Source of the DNA: a virus
Virus record (IMG/VR): IMGVR_UViG_3300044730_000851
Coordinates: 1 to 64,000 of that record
Length of the DNA stretch: 64,000 nucleotides
Strand: one strand, 5' to 3'
In this document: positions 8,129-17,321 of the stretch, piece after piece
How positions within the stretch are numbered: position 1 is the first letter of the stretch
How the letters are laid out: each line of letters opens with the position of its first letter
Made by a program: the position numbers and the translations under genes
The notes under the pieces: generated by a model
Seen by the model: only the letters and a program-made list of their open reading frames with translations
The model's database searches: none
What the model was told of the DNA's origin: nothing

Positions 8129-9456
8129 TAGAACTTCAACCTCAGTTCCTGCTGACCGTCCACCTGCTTGAACTGTGTTCCAGCCAGATGACCCCTAGTA
8201 AGTTCAGCCAGGTCACCCGCGTGGCCCTGTTCAGTCTTCTCTTGCCCCCACTGCGCAGACTGGTTACGACTCACCGAGGTCAGTCCGCGATCGTGTAGAA
8301 CCTGACGAAAGATGTGATCGTGCCAAGAGTGCACACCCTTCTTCCCTAGGTAGTCAGTCTCGGCGGGCGTATTGGCCAGGTGGGGAGCGAAGCCTGCCGC
8401 TCCGGTGTGCGTGTCCGAAACCAAGAAGTTGCCCTCTGGCTCATGGGGGGCGACCCACGCGTTGTAGTAGGGCTTGACCTTGTCAGCGTCGGTGGGCTTC
8501 CACACGTCCTTGACTTTGGCGCCCGCGCGCGCAGCGGAGGTCACGTCGGCTGCTCGTCCGAAGTTCTCGGGGTACCCCTGGTTGGGGTACTTGCGCGGGT
8601 CGTCCTTGCGCTTGACCAATTTGCCCTTGGGCCCGGGGACCTTATCCTCCGGAGGCACGTAGTAGTTGGGGTGCTTGACGTAAGCCTCGCCGGATAGCCC
8701 TTCCTTGCCCCAGTTGATGGCCGCGGTTGCTGTCTCGTCATTCGGGTAGTTAACGGCTCCGGTATTTTTGTTGGTCTGCACGAACCGCATCTGCGGGCTG
8801 GTAATGGCATTGGCCGCGGCCTGCACATGGAAATCCACATTGTTCTGGGCGGCCGAAGTACGCAGGCGCGTGCGCGGCAGCATGGCTCCCGACTGGCTCT
8901 GACCTTCCTCGCTGTAGAACGACGCATGCTGCCCACCCTCGCGGACATGGGCGCGATCCAACTGAGTAGAGATGGAACGGTAAGCGCTCTCGTAAGTGAC
9001 GCCATGTCGGGCGGCGTGGTCGGTCACACCCTTACGCTGCTTCTCGCTCATGTCCTCCCAGCGCGAAGGGTTGTCCATGAGTCGGGAATCTTCAAAGAGA
9101 GAGCCCTGCATGGGGTGATTAGCCGCGGTTTCTGCTCCACCGGTCCAACCCATTGCCCGGTATACGAGACCCGGAGACATCTTGCGGGTAGCGGCAGTTT
9201 GCCGTTCGATCTCCTGACCTGGGTCCAACCCAGCGCGCTTAATCTTGGTGTTCAGTTGGTCGTCCGACTGAGCATTGCGGCCGATGGCAGTGGCCAAATC
9301 ATCGAAACGCTGCGGGTTCTGCGCCTCCCACTCCTGACGTTGTGCGGTTCCCGCAGTCGCTGCTCGATTCTGAGCCCTCGTCTTGGCGCCCTTCTTGGCG
9401 GCAGCCTGCCTCTTGGCAGCCGCGCGCTCTTCCGGCCCCTTATTAGCAGCCACCAC
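8128..9456 (-). CDS. hypothetical protein with DUF7178-like/glycosylase-like motif set
   Basis: AITSPQ...N, KVKPYYN, LVSDTH and NQSAQW resemble the ALSPQ/KVxxFYxN/VTIDxH/QAxxW pattern of a phage family (recalled, unverified). Confidence 0.5.
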   Translation of the reverse strand: MVAANKGPEERAAAKRQAAAKKGAKTRAQNRAATAGTAQRQEWEAQNPQRFDDLATAIGRNAQSDDQLNTKIKRAGLDPGQEIERQTAATRKMSPGLVYRAMGWTGGAETAANHPMQGSLFEDSRLMDNPSRWEDMSEKQRKGVTDHAARHGVTYESAYRSISTQLDRAHVREGGQHASFYSEEGQSQSGAMLPRTRLRTSAAQNNVDFHVQAAANAITSPQMRFVQTNKNTGAVNYPNDETATAAINWGKEGLSGEAYVKHPNYYVPPEDKVPGPKGKLVKRKDDPRKYPNQGYPENFGRAADVTSAARAGAKVKDVWKPTDADKVKPYYNAWVAPHEPEGNFLVSDTHTGAAGFAPHLANTPAETDYLGKKGVHSWHDHIFRQVLHDRGLTSVSRNQSAQWGQEKTEQGHAGDLAELTRGHLAGTQFKQVDGQQELRLKF

Positions 9457-9999
9457 TTACCTCCAGTTCGGACGCAAACGCGCGAACTGGTCGACGCGAC
9501 GCGGGTTGATTTGGCCGGGGATCTTGTTGGGGATGTCGGCCTTGCCGTCGTTGACCAGGTGAGGTGCGGGTGCCAGTTCCATGATTGGAGCGGTGCGAAC
9601 GCCCTTTGTTTGGTTGGCAATGCCGGTTTGGTTGGACCACTGACGCGGCCAGACGTAGTCGTTGGGATCGATGCGCTCGCCCTTGTGGACGCCGCGCTGG
9701 TAGGAACGCTGGTTGACGCGCGTCTTGGTGCCGTCTAGTGCGGCCTCAGCAATGGAGTTGGGTCGGCCCTTGTCGTCACGACGAGAGCGGATGGTGCCTA
9801 GGTATCCGTCGGGGTACTCGGCCTGCGGTGCGCGGCCAACACCCATGCGCAAGAAGTCGAGCGGGTCCCGAGCACTGACGTCAGCAATGGTGTTTCCGCC
9901 GCCGCCACCCATGGAGTAGCCGCCATACATGCCACCGGCACCCAGCGACTGCCAGTTCTGGTTCGGTGACAGTGAGTTCCAGTTCTGAGCGACCGTCAT
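9457..9999 (-). CDS. hypothetical protein (probable virion-associated)
   Basis: 180 aa, Gly-rich N-terminus, TGATG coupled. Confidence 0.75.
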   Translation of the reverse strand: MTVAQNWNSLSPNQNWQSLGAGGMYGGYSMGGGGGNTIADVSARDPLDFLRMGVGRAPQAEYPDGYLGTIRSRRDDKGRPNSIAEAALDGTKTRVNQRSYQRGVHKGERIDPNDYVWPRQWSNQTGIANQTKGVRTAPIMELAPAPHLVNDGKADIPNKIPGQINPRRVDQFARLRPNWR

Positions 10000-10985
10000 C
10001 AGCCCCGTGCCTTATGGGCCTTTTGCATGGCTTCGTACTGCTCGACGGCGCCGAGGACCTGGTTGTGGAAGTACTCTGCGTTCTCGTCACCCCGTGGCGT
10101 CGCTCGCTCGGACTCCAGGCCAGCGCTGTGCGCAACCGGGGTTCTCTCAAACTGCGACGAACGCACCTTGCTGGGCCCAGCGGTCACCGGGTGCCATCCC
10201 TTGCTGGGATTGACAGTTAGGCCCGCGCCGCGGGCTTCGTTGGTTCGTCCGCGATTGATAGTGCGCAGTACGTTTCCGAGGCCGGTTCTCTTGGACGTTC
10301 CGTCGGGCTGTGCCACGCGGCGGTTCTGCCGGTTGGTCATGGACCAGGCGTCGTTGTCGACCTCGTTGAGGTTGAAGTCATTCGCGTTCTTGGAGCGCGC
10401 CCACGCGGAATCGGCCTGCACGGATGGGTCAGCCATGTCGCGGTAGATCGGGGTGTCCTCGTCGGGCCGCTTCGGTACCTGGGTAGTGGTCCGCTTGCGA
10501 GGGCCGTCTTCCCCGACTACACGGGGTGCTTCACGCTCAGCCTTGGGGGTACGTCCCAGACTGAGCAGGACATCGGCCCCGTAGGGACGGTTGAGGGTGT
10601 CCGTGGTCTCGGTGGAACTGACGCGCGTCGGAGTACCGGACGGAGAGGACGCACTGCCAAGTGCGTAGGTGGCTTCTTGAAGGTGAACGCGGCCGAGGCG
10701 ACGGGCTTCTGAGCCGATGGAAGCCTTCTCGCTGACGTCGAGGACGTTTCCCCAAGCCCCGAGGTGAGCCTCGCGGTTTCCCTGAACGGACGGGTAGTGC
10801 TTGTCAGCGAAGTCTTGAATGTCTCCGGGCGTGGGTGTCGATCCCGGGGTCTTGGTCTCGGCGCCGTGATGAGCGACCATGAAGCCAGGTCCCTGGGCCA
10901 TCTGACCGGTAGCCATGTTCATGGAAGCGCCGCCGTGCTCGGCGACGTAGTCAGAGAACTGCTGACTTGCGATACGATGGCTCAT
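9999..10985 (-). CDS. hypothetical protein (probable internal virion protein)
   Basis: Long ORF; likely start ATG 10985 (MSHRIASQQF) or 10994. Confidence 0.7.
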   Translation of the reverse strand: MSHRIASQQFSDYVAEHGGASMNMATGQMAQGPGFMVAHHGAETKTPGSTPTPGDIQDFADKHYPSVQGNREAHLGAWGNVLDVSEKASIGSEARRLGRVHLQEATYALGSASSPSGTPTRVSSTETTDTLNRPYGADVLLSLGRTPKAEREAPRVVGEDGPRKRTTTQVPKRPDEDTPIYRDMADPSVQADSAWARSKNANDFNLNEVDNDAWSMTNRQNRRVAQPDGTSKRTGLGNVLRTINRGRTNEARGAGLTVNPSKGWHPVTAGPSKVRSSQFERTPVAHSAGLESERATPRGDENAEYFHNQVLGAVEQYEAMQKAHKARG

Positions 10986-11052
10986 GTAATCCATTGTCCA
11001 AGTGCGAATTACACCTGTACGGCCTAAAATCACCACCCGAAGGGGGAACAAC

Positions 11053-11277
11053 ATGCTGGGGCATATAGCCGGAACGTTCGAAGGCGCAGACAACCGCCAC
11101 TACGCGTCCTGTTACTGCGGCTGGAGATCGCCGCAGGAGACGGACTCCTACCAGGAGGCCGCCAGGTGGGCGGTCGAGCACTCGGATCCAGAACTTGTGG
11201 ACCTCAGCGTGGCGGACATGCAGATGCAGTACCCGCACATGACCAGGGACCAGATTCTTGGACTGGATCGTACCTAG
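11053..11277 (+). CDS. small plus-strand protein (HxAxCxCGW motif)
   Basis: AGGGGG RBS before ATG 11053, TAAAAT -10 at 11025-11030; stop shares CTAG with the convergent gene. Confidence 0.65.
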   Translation: MLGHIAGTFEGADNRHYASCYCGWRSPQETDSYQEAARWAVEHSDPELVDLSVADMQMQYPHMTRDQILGLDRT

Positions 11278-12227
11278 TCGGCCACGAACTCCTGACCCGC
11301 GTAGAGAGCCCACCCGTCCTGAATGTGGATGGGGTCGAGGCTGTAGCGGGGATCATCCTCGCGGTACCGCAGGACCAGCATCCCGTTCTGCCAGTCCTCA
11401 TAGGACTTGATGGGACGGCCCGTGAGATCCATAGCCCCCTTGGCGGAAGGCACAGCCCCGTCGGTACGGCACAGACATCCCGGCGTAGCAGCGAACAGGC
11501 GCACCGCGCCCTGGCGGTCCTGCTGAGTCGTGTGGTGGATTTCGATGCGGTGGATATGCCCGAAGATGGTGGACGTCCGGTCACCGCGGGAGTACGCGCT
11601 GGCCGTGGATCCTCCGGACTTCACGATGCTTCCATGCACGCACTTGATGTGGTCGTTCAGCCAGTACTTGCGGGCTGGGTAACCGTCGAGCCAATGGACG
11701 TCGAGGTCGTTGATCCTCAACAGGAACGGCGCGGTCATGACAGGCCAGTCGTCGGGAATCTCTGCCCGCTTCAGCCCGGCGCTGGCAGCGTTGAACATCA
11801 TGATCCGGTCAGCGATGCGCTTGTCGTGGTTGCCCTCCAGGACCACGATCTTCGAACGCGGCGAGGTTGCTCGCTGGCGGGCTAAGAAGTCGTGTCCGGC
11901 GTTGATAGCGGCCTGCGTGGTGTTCTGCCAGGTGTTGTGCTGCTCGTACTTGGAGTGGGCAGGCAGGTCCAGGAAGTCGCCTAGATTGATGATCTCGTCG
12001 ACCAAGGTCTCCGAAGCCACCGCCGCCAGAATCTGCAGAGCCACCGAGATGGCCTTCTCGTCGTGGAATGGGTCCAACTCGTTATCGAGTTGCCGGTACC
12101 CAAACTGCGGGTCGGGGAGAATGACGGCAGTCTTCCAGCCCTTAAGCAGGGCGGGGACCTTCTTTGGGGGTCGAGCCGGTTTGATGACGGTTGGCCTGGC
12201 CGACCCGACGAACGTCTTGGTGGTCAA
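11274..12227 (-). CDS. Calcineurin-like metallophosphoesterase
   Basis: PDPQ, GDFLD, GNHD, HG and GHIH motifs in canonical order. Confidence 0.88.
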   Translation of the reverse strand: MTTKTFVGSARPTVIKPARPPKKVPALLKGWKTAVILPDPQFGYRQLDNELDPFHDEKAISVALQILAAVASETLVDEIINLGDFLDLPAHSKYEQHNTWQNTTQAAINAGHDFLARQRATSPRSKIVVLEGNHDKRIADRIMMFNAASAGLKRAEIPDDWPVMTAPFLLRINDLDVHWLDGYPARKYWLNDHIKCVHGSIVKSGGSTASAYSRGDRTSTIFGHIHRIEIHHTTQQDRQGAVRLFAATPGCLCRTDGAVPSAKGAMDLTGRPIKSYEDWQNGMLVLRYREDDPRYSLDPIHIQDGWALYAGQEFVAD

Positions 12228-12263
12228 GGGATGCTCCGTGTAGTAGTGGTGGTGCCTAGTTCA

Positions 12264-12512
12264 CTAGGACCCTTGGTCGAACCGGTAAATGCTTCCGCTG
12301 GTCTTGCGGCTGTAGGGCAGGGGCTTGTCGCCGCGACCGTGACGAACTCGCCACATGGTTGCCTGGTCGGACGACGACATGGTCTGGCCGGATAGGGGTA
12401 CTGGCGTCTCCACCTCAGGCTCACGGCCGATGGAAACACCCTCGCGGTGATACGACGGGGGAGTCTGCTGCTGCGCGAACTGAATGGACGCGACGTTGTT
12501 GTCTGCCATCAC
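12264..12512 (-). CDS. hypothetical protein
   Basis: 82 aa, starts MMADNNVASIQF. Confidence 0.65.
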   Translation of the reverse strand: MMADNNVASIQFAQQQTPPSYHREGVSIGREPEVETPVPLSGQTMSSSDQATMWRVRHGRGDKPLPYSRKTSGSIYRFDQGS

Positions 12513-12988
12513 TACTGCCGGTAGGCGTTACCCATCGCGTCGCCGAAGTTGCCCTCGCGGGTGATCGCCGAGGTGATGATGCGGCCGTTGGCCTGGGTGG
12601 GAGCGGCCTCGGGGCCCACGGGCGGCGGGACGTACGCGCTGACGCGGTACTGCGCGCCCAGTCGCTCCTGCGGGATGTTGGTGCGGTTGGCGGGAGTGCC
12701 GGGGCTGGCCGGGGGAATCGTCTGGTTCTCGTAAACGGCCCCGCCGGACTGCTTATTGCCACGCGGCATCAAGGTGCCACGCAGCGGGGCTCCCGAGGTG
12801 TTCACGAAGTCGTGCACCATTGAGGTACCCATCGGGATCCGGGGGCTGCCGACACGCGCCATACCGGCGAGGGCCTCCTCCGGGGTCGGGAGACTCACTC
12901 GCGGGCGCGGGCCCACCGAGTCGTAGTGATTGTTGGGTGCGCCGGAACGACGACGAACCGCGGGGCTAGAGACGCGCCAGTCAGACAT
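12512..12988 (-). CDS. hypothetical Pro/Gly-rich protein
   Basis: GGAAGGGAG RBS before ATG 12988. Confidence 0.7.
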   Translation of the reverse strand: MSDWRVSSPAVRRRSGAPNNHYDSVGPRPRVSLPTPEEALAGMARVGSPRIPMGTSMVHDFVNTSGAPLRGTLMPRGNKQSGGAVYENQTIPPASPGTPANRTNIPQERLGAQYRVSAYVPPPVGPEAAPTQANGRIITSAITREGNFGDAMGNAYRQ

Positions 12989-13011
12989 AAAGGTCTCCCT
13001 TCCTACCATCC

Positions 13012-13040
13012 AAGGTAGATACGCAAAGGCCCAGCGTCAG
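13012..13040 (-). promoter_or_regulatory. Putative phage-class promoter CTGACG-N17-TACCTT
   Basis: Intergenic; shares geometry with the sites at 7027, 33603, 34359 and 48211. Confidence 0.5.
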
Positions 13041-13042
13041 CG

Positions 13043-13345
13043 TCAAACAACGGAGATTACGAATAGGACTGCCGATATCTCGCCGTCCCGTGACGTGACT
13101 GTCGTGAACCCCGGCTTGCAAACCAGGTCGTACCCGCGAGGGGCCACGTAGCCCCGAGCGATAGCAATGCCCTTGACGGCCTGATTGACTGACCCAGCCC
13201 CCACGGCACGCAGTCGAACCGACTTGTGCTCGTAGAGGGCATGCGCAATCGCGGACGCGACGGACTGTGGATTGGAGCCCGCGGATACCCGCAGGGGTTG
13301 GTCGTCGGTAAGTCCGACGATTCCGGGTTCGGATGTTTCGCTCAC
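13043..13345 (-). CDS. spoVS: SpoVS-family (Alba-like) protein
   Basis: LRVSAGSNPQSVASAIA...AVGAGSVNQAVKGIAIARGYVAP.G.DL.CKPGF is the SpoVS consensus. Confidence 0.85.
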   Translation of the reverse strand: MSETSEPGIVGLTDDQPLRVSAGSNPQSVASAIAHALYEHKSVRLRAVGAGSVNQAVKGIAIARGYVAPRGYDLVCKPGFTTVTSRDGEISAVLFVISVV

Positions 13346-13413
13346 GGTGATCCTCTGGGAAACGATGTGTAGACGTCGTCTCCACGGTACGGAAGCCAGA
13401 AGCGCGCGTACCC

Positions 13414-13944
13414 CTAAACATTGGGGCCGTCGCGGAACTTGGGGTCGCTAAGGCGGTCAATGACGTCCTTCTCGTATGCCGTGGTGGCGTGACCGGCTGC
13501 AATCTTCGCTAAGACGTACGCATCCGAGAGGTTGTCGTCCAGAATCTCCACACCCCACTTCTTGTATACCGAAAGCATGACCTCGGGCTTCTTCGCGTTG
13601 CCACGACCCGTGGCGTACTTCTTCAGGGTGGTGGGGGGGACCCGAAGCGGGTACTTGCCTGGTCCGTTCAGACTGGTGTGGCAGGTCATCTTCACGATTC
13701 CGGCCAATTCGCCAAGGGCCGATGCGCTCAGGGATGCCCGCACGGTGTCTTCAACAGCAACATCGCCAATCGGCCGACCAATCTCGGCGAAGACATCGGA
13801 CAACTGGTATGACAAATCCAGCAGGCGATCGATGCCACGCTTGTTCGACTTCAGCAACCAGGTCTGCCAGTACTCTTCGCCAATGGCGGCCACACCGAAC
13901 CCAGTCAAACTGGGGTCTAGGCCGACGTAAGCCGAGGTAGCCAC
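13414..13944 (-). CDS. ruvC: RuvC-like Holliday junction resolvase
   Basis: VGLDPSLTGFG, VAVE, PTTLKKYATGRGNAKK and DNLSDA. Confidence 0.85.
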   Translation of the reverse strand: MATSAYVGLDPSLTGFGVAAIGEEYWQTWLLKSNKRGIDRLLDLSYQLSDVFAEIGRPIGDVAVEDTVRASLSASALGELAGIVKMTCHTSLNGPGKYPLRVPPTTLKKYATGRGNAKKPEVMLSVYKKWGVEILDDNLSDAYVLAKIAAGHATTAYEKDVIDRLSDPKFRDGPNV

Positions 13945-14486
13945 GGCAACTCCACGTAGTTTGTGAGCCTGTCGAAGTCAGTGATCGGATATAGGAACGG
14001 GTAAGGGACCACCCGGACCTCATTCCTGGGATCGGGATAGTGCGGTTTGTAGCCCTGATCCCAGGCGTCCAGCGCAGGGAGCCAGCCCATGATCTGACCC
14101 TGAGTGAGATCTGCAGAATCCACAAAGACTGAAACCACAACCCTGTCAGGTTTCCTCTGCAGATCGCGCTTCCTGACCGTGAGTGGGGCCTGCGCGCTGC
14201 GCGTTCGCCGGACCTCAACGTTCAGTCCCACATCGGGGGTGTCCCGGTAGATCTCATGGTCCTCGCGCTTCCAGACCTGGGCGCCCCAGTCCAGTTTCAA
14301 GAAGGTAGCCACCACCAACTCTGCAACGACAGATGCCCGTGAGGCGATGCGGTTGTCCTCCATGCGGTCCGGGTCGTAGTAGACCGCGTCACCTTTCCCG
14401 ATGTTCTCCCGGTCTCGACCATCCCCGACCGCGAATGCCTGGGCCAGTTGAGACGCGTCCAGGACAACAACAGGACGACTAGCCAT
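13917..14486 (-). CDS. hypothetical protein, possible PD-(D/E)XK-like fold
   Basis: AELVVA...PDVG.NVEVR; start taken at ATG 14486. Confidence 0.55.
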   Translation of the reverse strand: MASRPVVVLDASQLAQAFAVGDGRDRENIGKGDAVYYDPDRMEDNRIASRASVVAELVVATFLKLDWGAQVWKREDHEIYRDTPDVGLNVEVRRTRSAQAPLTVRKRDLQRKPDRVVVSVFVDSADLTQGQIMGWLPALDAWDQGYKPHYPDPRNEVRVVPYPFLYPITDFDRLTNYVELPWLPRLTSA

Positions 14487-14850
14487 CACCGGACTCCTGC
14501 CACGACCTGACAACGTCCAATAGGAGGTACCCAGCCAGATCGACGCGGGGATCCTCGGCGTCTCCGCCGCTGATGCCCATACCGCGGACGATGCGGTTGA
14601 TCTTGTCGTCCATCCGGACGGCCATCCGCTGCTCGGGACTGACCCCGCGAGCAAAGACTTCGATTGGCTCCAGCGCGCTGTTGCCGTACCGCTCGTTCTT
14701 ATGGATGAGCAGGCAAGTCATGCGGACACCCGCTTCGGCGATCAGTTTCCGAGTTGGGTTCGGGTAGTGAAGGGTCGTCCTGATGAACTCAAGCCCAGCG
14801 TCTGGGTTGAATCCGTTGGGCAAGCCTTCCCAGTCCGGGATGTGACTCAT
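14479..14850 (-). CDS. Nucleotide-modification-associated domain 1 (DUF1599/Nmad1-like) protein
   Basis: KNERYGNS...VRMDDKINRI...EDPRVDLAGY; ATG 14850 overlaps the upstream TGA. Confidence 0.7.
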   Translation of the reverse strand: MSHIPDWEGLPNGFNPDAGLEFIRTTLHYPNPTRKLIAEAGVRMTCLLIHKNERYGNSALEPIEVFARGVSPEQRMAVRMDDKINRIVRGMGISGGDAEDPRVDLAGYLLLDVVRSWQESGDG

Positions 14851-15200
14851 GCGGAGACGGCCACACGTTCGTAGACGTGGGAAGTCCAAACGGTGATCGG
14901 GCGTGAGCCGCCTCCTTGCCGGGAACTCTTGACGTAGTACCCAGAAGACGAGATCAGGCCGTCGCGGGCCATATGCCGGAGCATCGGTCCCAAAATCCGG
15001 TGGTCCACCTTGCCGTCGTTGACGATGGACCCCCGGAGGTACGCGCGGTCCAAGTGTTCCCAAATGGAATCCATGGAGAACTGGCGATTGCGGCGGGCCA
15101 CCCGGACCATAATCTTGAAAACCCCGGAAAGCCACTCCCGCTCGGACTCGCTACGGGAATGTGCAGTGATGAACGTGCTGGTCATCCGTGTTGCGTTCAT
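14847..15200 (-). CDS. hypothetical protein (winged-helix-like)
   Basis: AAGGAG RBS; FSMDSIW...LGPMLRHMARDGLI...VWTS pattern. Confidence 0.7.
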   Translation of the reverse strand: MNATRMTSTFITAHSRSESEREWLSGVFKIMVRVARRNRQFSMDSIWEHLDRAYLRGSIVNDGKVDHRILGPMLRHMARDGLISSSGYYVKSSRQGGGSRPITVWTSHVYERVAVSA

Positions 15201-15210
15201 ATTGTGCTCC

Positions 15211-15699
15211 TTATGCAGACCATCTACTTATGGGTGTCTTGTTTCGACTGGAAGTTCTTCGGGTCAACTCACGGCTGACCAGTTGCGAGTCGCGTTCGAT
15301 GTTGGCCAGGAGGCTTTCGACGACCTTGCGGTAGGCGTATCGCTGCTCGACCTCGGCCTTCAGGGCTGTGATGACCTCGTCAGAGGCGACCTGTGCTCTG
15401 GCATAGGTGACCCGGTCCCCGCGGTCTCCGTAGGAAAGCATCAGGAGACTTTCCTTCTGGGACAGTTCCTTCTCAGATGCCCGCTCGTCGACCTGAGCGC
15501 AGGAGACCTGAGTGGATACGAAGTCCGCCCACGCGGTCAGTGAGGAATACAGGACCATCAAGTCTTCGTCGTCGACTGCGGTGAGGTCCGGGGGTATCCG
15601 CGGAAGGTCACTATTGGGCCTGTCCCAAAGAGGTATTCCCTGAGAGACGGCCTGTGATACTGCGGACTGAGACTGCCGACCAAGAATGAGATTCTTCAT
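15211..15699 (-). CDS. helical protein, possible UvsY-like recombination mediator
   Basis: All-helical, ends SRELTRR, lies in the RecA/Cas4 operon; function inferred only. Confidence 0.45.
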   Translation of the reverse strand: MKNLILGRQSQSAVSQAVSQGIPLWDRPNSDLPRIPPDLTAVDDEDLMVLYSSLTAWADFVSTQVSCAQVDERASEKELSQKESLLMLSYGDRGDRVTYARAQVASDEVITALKAEVEQRYAYRKVVESLLANIERDSQLVSRELTRRTSSRNKTPISRWSA

Positions 15700-16550
15700 G
15701 AGGCATCCCCGAAGGATGCGCACTGCTTGCAGGATCCGGAAGTCTTTACGCAGTTCGGTACCTGCTGTGCCTCGACAGCGGCCACCACACGGGCGGCCTC
15801 CTGAATGGCGGGCTCGGAGATCGAAGGGTCGTACGGAACGTTGAATTCCTTAACGCTCTGATCAGCCTTCAACTCGTAGATGAAGACGACTTCCTCCGGA
15901 GCAGAGTCGATGAGATCCTTGTCGGCCATCCTGTGCAGGATCTCCAGGTACAACTGGGCCTGGCGCAGATGACTGGGGAAGGGACGTCGTGTGTCCTTCC
16001 AGGCCTGGAAGATGTCGCGGCCGTCTCGAAGTAGAGACGGGGCCTCAAATCGGAATGTGCCCGGTCCGATGGTCTTGATCTCGATGAGGAAGTCGTCGCC
16101 GAGGCCCTTGACCCAGCCGTCAGCCGAGCCCTCAATCCGAAGATCCAGGTCGTAGAGGGGAACCTCTCTGTACTTGACCTCCGACAGGTCAACGATGTCG
16201 CTGGACATGCTCCAGAAGGTGCTGTCGTCGGATGCCTTCCAGAGGCCGTAGAGGCAGCCCATCTCTGCGAGGTAGTTCTGCCACTTGGCATGAATGCAGT
16301 GGCCGTGATCGAAGATGGACTGCAGACGTAGTGCATGGCGCTCCACTGGTGGCGTGTACCCAAGAAGTCGGTAGTACGCCGCCCGTGGGCAGAAGTCGTC
16401 CTTGACCAATTCACTGGGGTGAAGAACGTCCTGTCGACGAGAGGTGTCGGCGGGTCTCTCCAGGAGATGCCGCTCGATGTCACCAATCAGACGAGTCGGT
16501 GCCTTCTTCGTCTCCATCCACTGCGCCAGAGCGCTTTGCTTTTTTGGCAT
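15696..16550 (-). CDS. Cas4/RecB-family exonuclease
   Basis: HPSE...CPR, GSADG, IEIKT, QAQLY and C-terminal C-x6-CxxC Fe-S ligands. Confidence 0.85.
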   Translation of the reverse strand: MPKKQSALAQWMETKKAPTRLIGDIERHLLERPADTSRRQDVLHPSELVKDDFCPRAAYYRLLGYTPPVERHALRLQSIFDHGHCIHAKWQNYLAEMGCLYGLWKASDDSTFWSMSSDIVDLSEVKYREVPLYDLDLRIEGSADGWVKGLGDDFLIEIKTIGPGTFRFEAPSLLRDGRDIFQAWKDTRRPFPSHLRQAQLYLEILHRMADKDLIDSAPEEVVFIYELKADQSVKEFNVPYDPSISEPAIQEAARVVAAVEAQQVPNCVKTSGSCKQCASFGDAS

Positions 16551-16875
16551 CTCCGCCCGGCCCCTTCAGGATCCATGCCTTGAAGGAGACTTGTGGGTGC
16601 TCCTTGCGGTACCGCTTGCGAAGGTGCGAGCGTTCACGGTGTGAAAGTCCTCCCCAAATCCCGTGTGTGTCCTGGGTCTCCAGGGAGTACCAAAGGCATG
16701 CACGACGGACAGGGCATTCACCTTGACCGTCCGTGCCCCAGCAGACGGCCTTGGCCTTGTCTGCGATGCCCTTGTAGAGGCGTCGGTCTCGGGGCGGATA
16801 GAAGAGGTCCGTGGGGACGTCGTTCTTCGCGCACTTGGCTTCGTAGCGCCAGGCCCATTCGGGCTCAGCCACCAT
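16480..16875 (-). CDS. whiB: WhiB-family transcription factor
   Basis: W...AKC...LFYP...AKAVC...CPVRRACL...GIWGGLSHRER. Confidence 0.92.
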   Translation of the reverse strand: MVAEPEWAWRYEAKCAKNDVPTDLFYPPRDRRLYKGIADKAKAVCWGTDGQGECPVRRACLWYSLETQDTHGIWGGLSHRERSHLRKRYRKEHPQVSFKAWILKGPGGDAKKAKRSGAVDGDEEGTDSSDW

Positions 16876-16953
16876 GCACCCTCCTGAGGTGTCCTGTTGT
16901 CATTTACGGCAAGAGGGCGCATTAGGTGGGTGACTCCCTTCACGATTGGTTGA

Positions 16954-16982
16954 ACTCTATGTAATCGGGATACGCAGTGCAA
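16954..16982 (-). promoter_or_regulatory. Sigma70/SigA-like promoter upstream of whiB
   Basis: TTGCAC-N17-TAGAGT. Confidence 0.6.
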
Positions 16983-16991
16983 GTTACGTCA

Positions 16992-17321
16992 CTAAGACGG
17001 CGTGTCAGCCGTCTTATCGAGGCCGGTGATGGCAACAAAGTCGTCCTCCAGCAGGACGACGTAGTCGCGCCCGTCCAGTGACACGCAGAAGATCGGAGTG
17101 CGTCCGACGAGCAGGGCCTCAGTCTCGACCTTCTTCAGTTCGGATGCTTTGAGCGAGAAAGACTTGGCAGCCGTGTACTTGTGCTCGGCCAGGTAGTCCT
17201 CCGACCGGACGTCGCCCTTGCGGGACCAGAAGGCTCCCGAAGCCGCGGTGCGGGAACCTCCGAGAATCTTCTCCAGGCGCTTTTCGTGTGCCTGTGACTG
17301 CTTCTGTCCGTGGGTCTTCAC
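16992..17321 (-). CDS. Small PD-(D/E)XK nuclease (Hjc-like resolvase)
   Basis: HEKR...SGA...KGDV...AEHKYT. Confidence 0.7.
   Translation of the reverse strand: MKTHGQKQSQAHEKRLEKILGGSRTAASGAFWSRKGDVRSEDYLAEHKYTAAKSFSLKASELKKVETEALLVGRTPIFCVSLDGRDYVVLLEDDFVAITGLDKTADTPS

Noticed and set aside
15696-16550. Cas4-like gene as part of a CRISPR-Cas system
   Set aside because: No other cas genes or array are present; solo Cas4-like nucleases are common in phage recombination modules.
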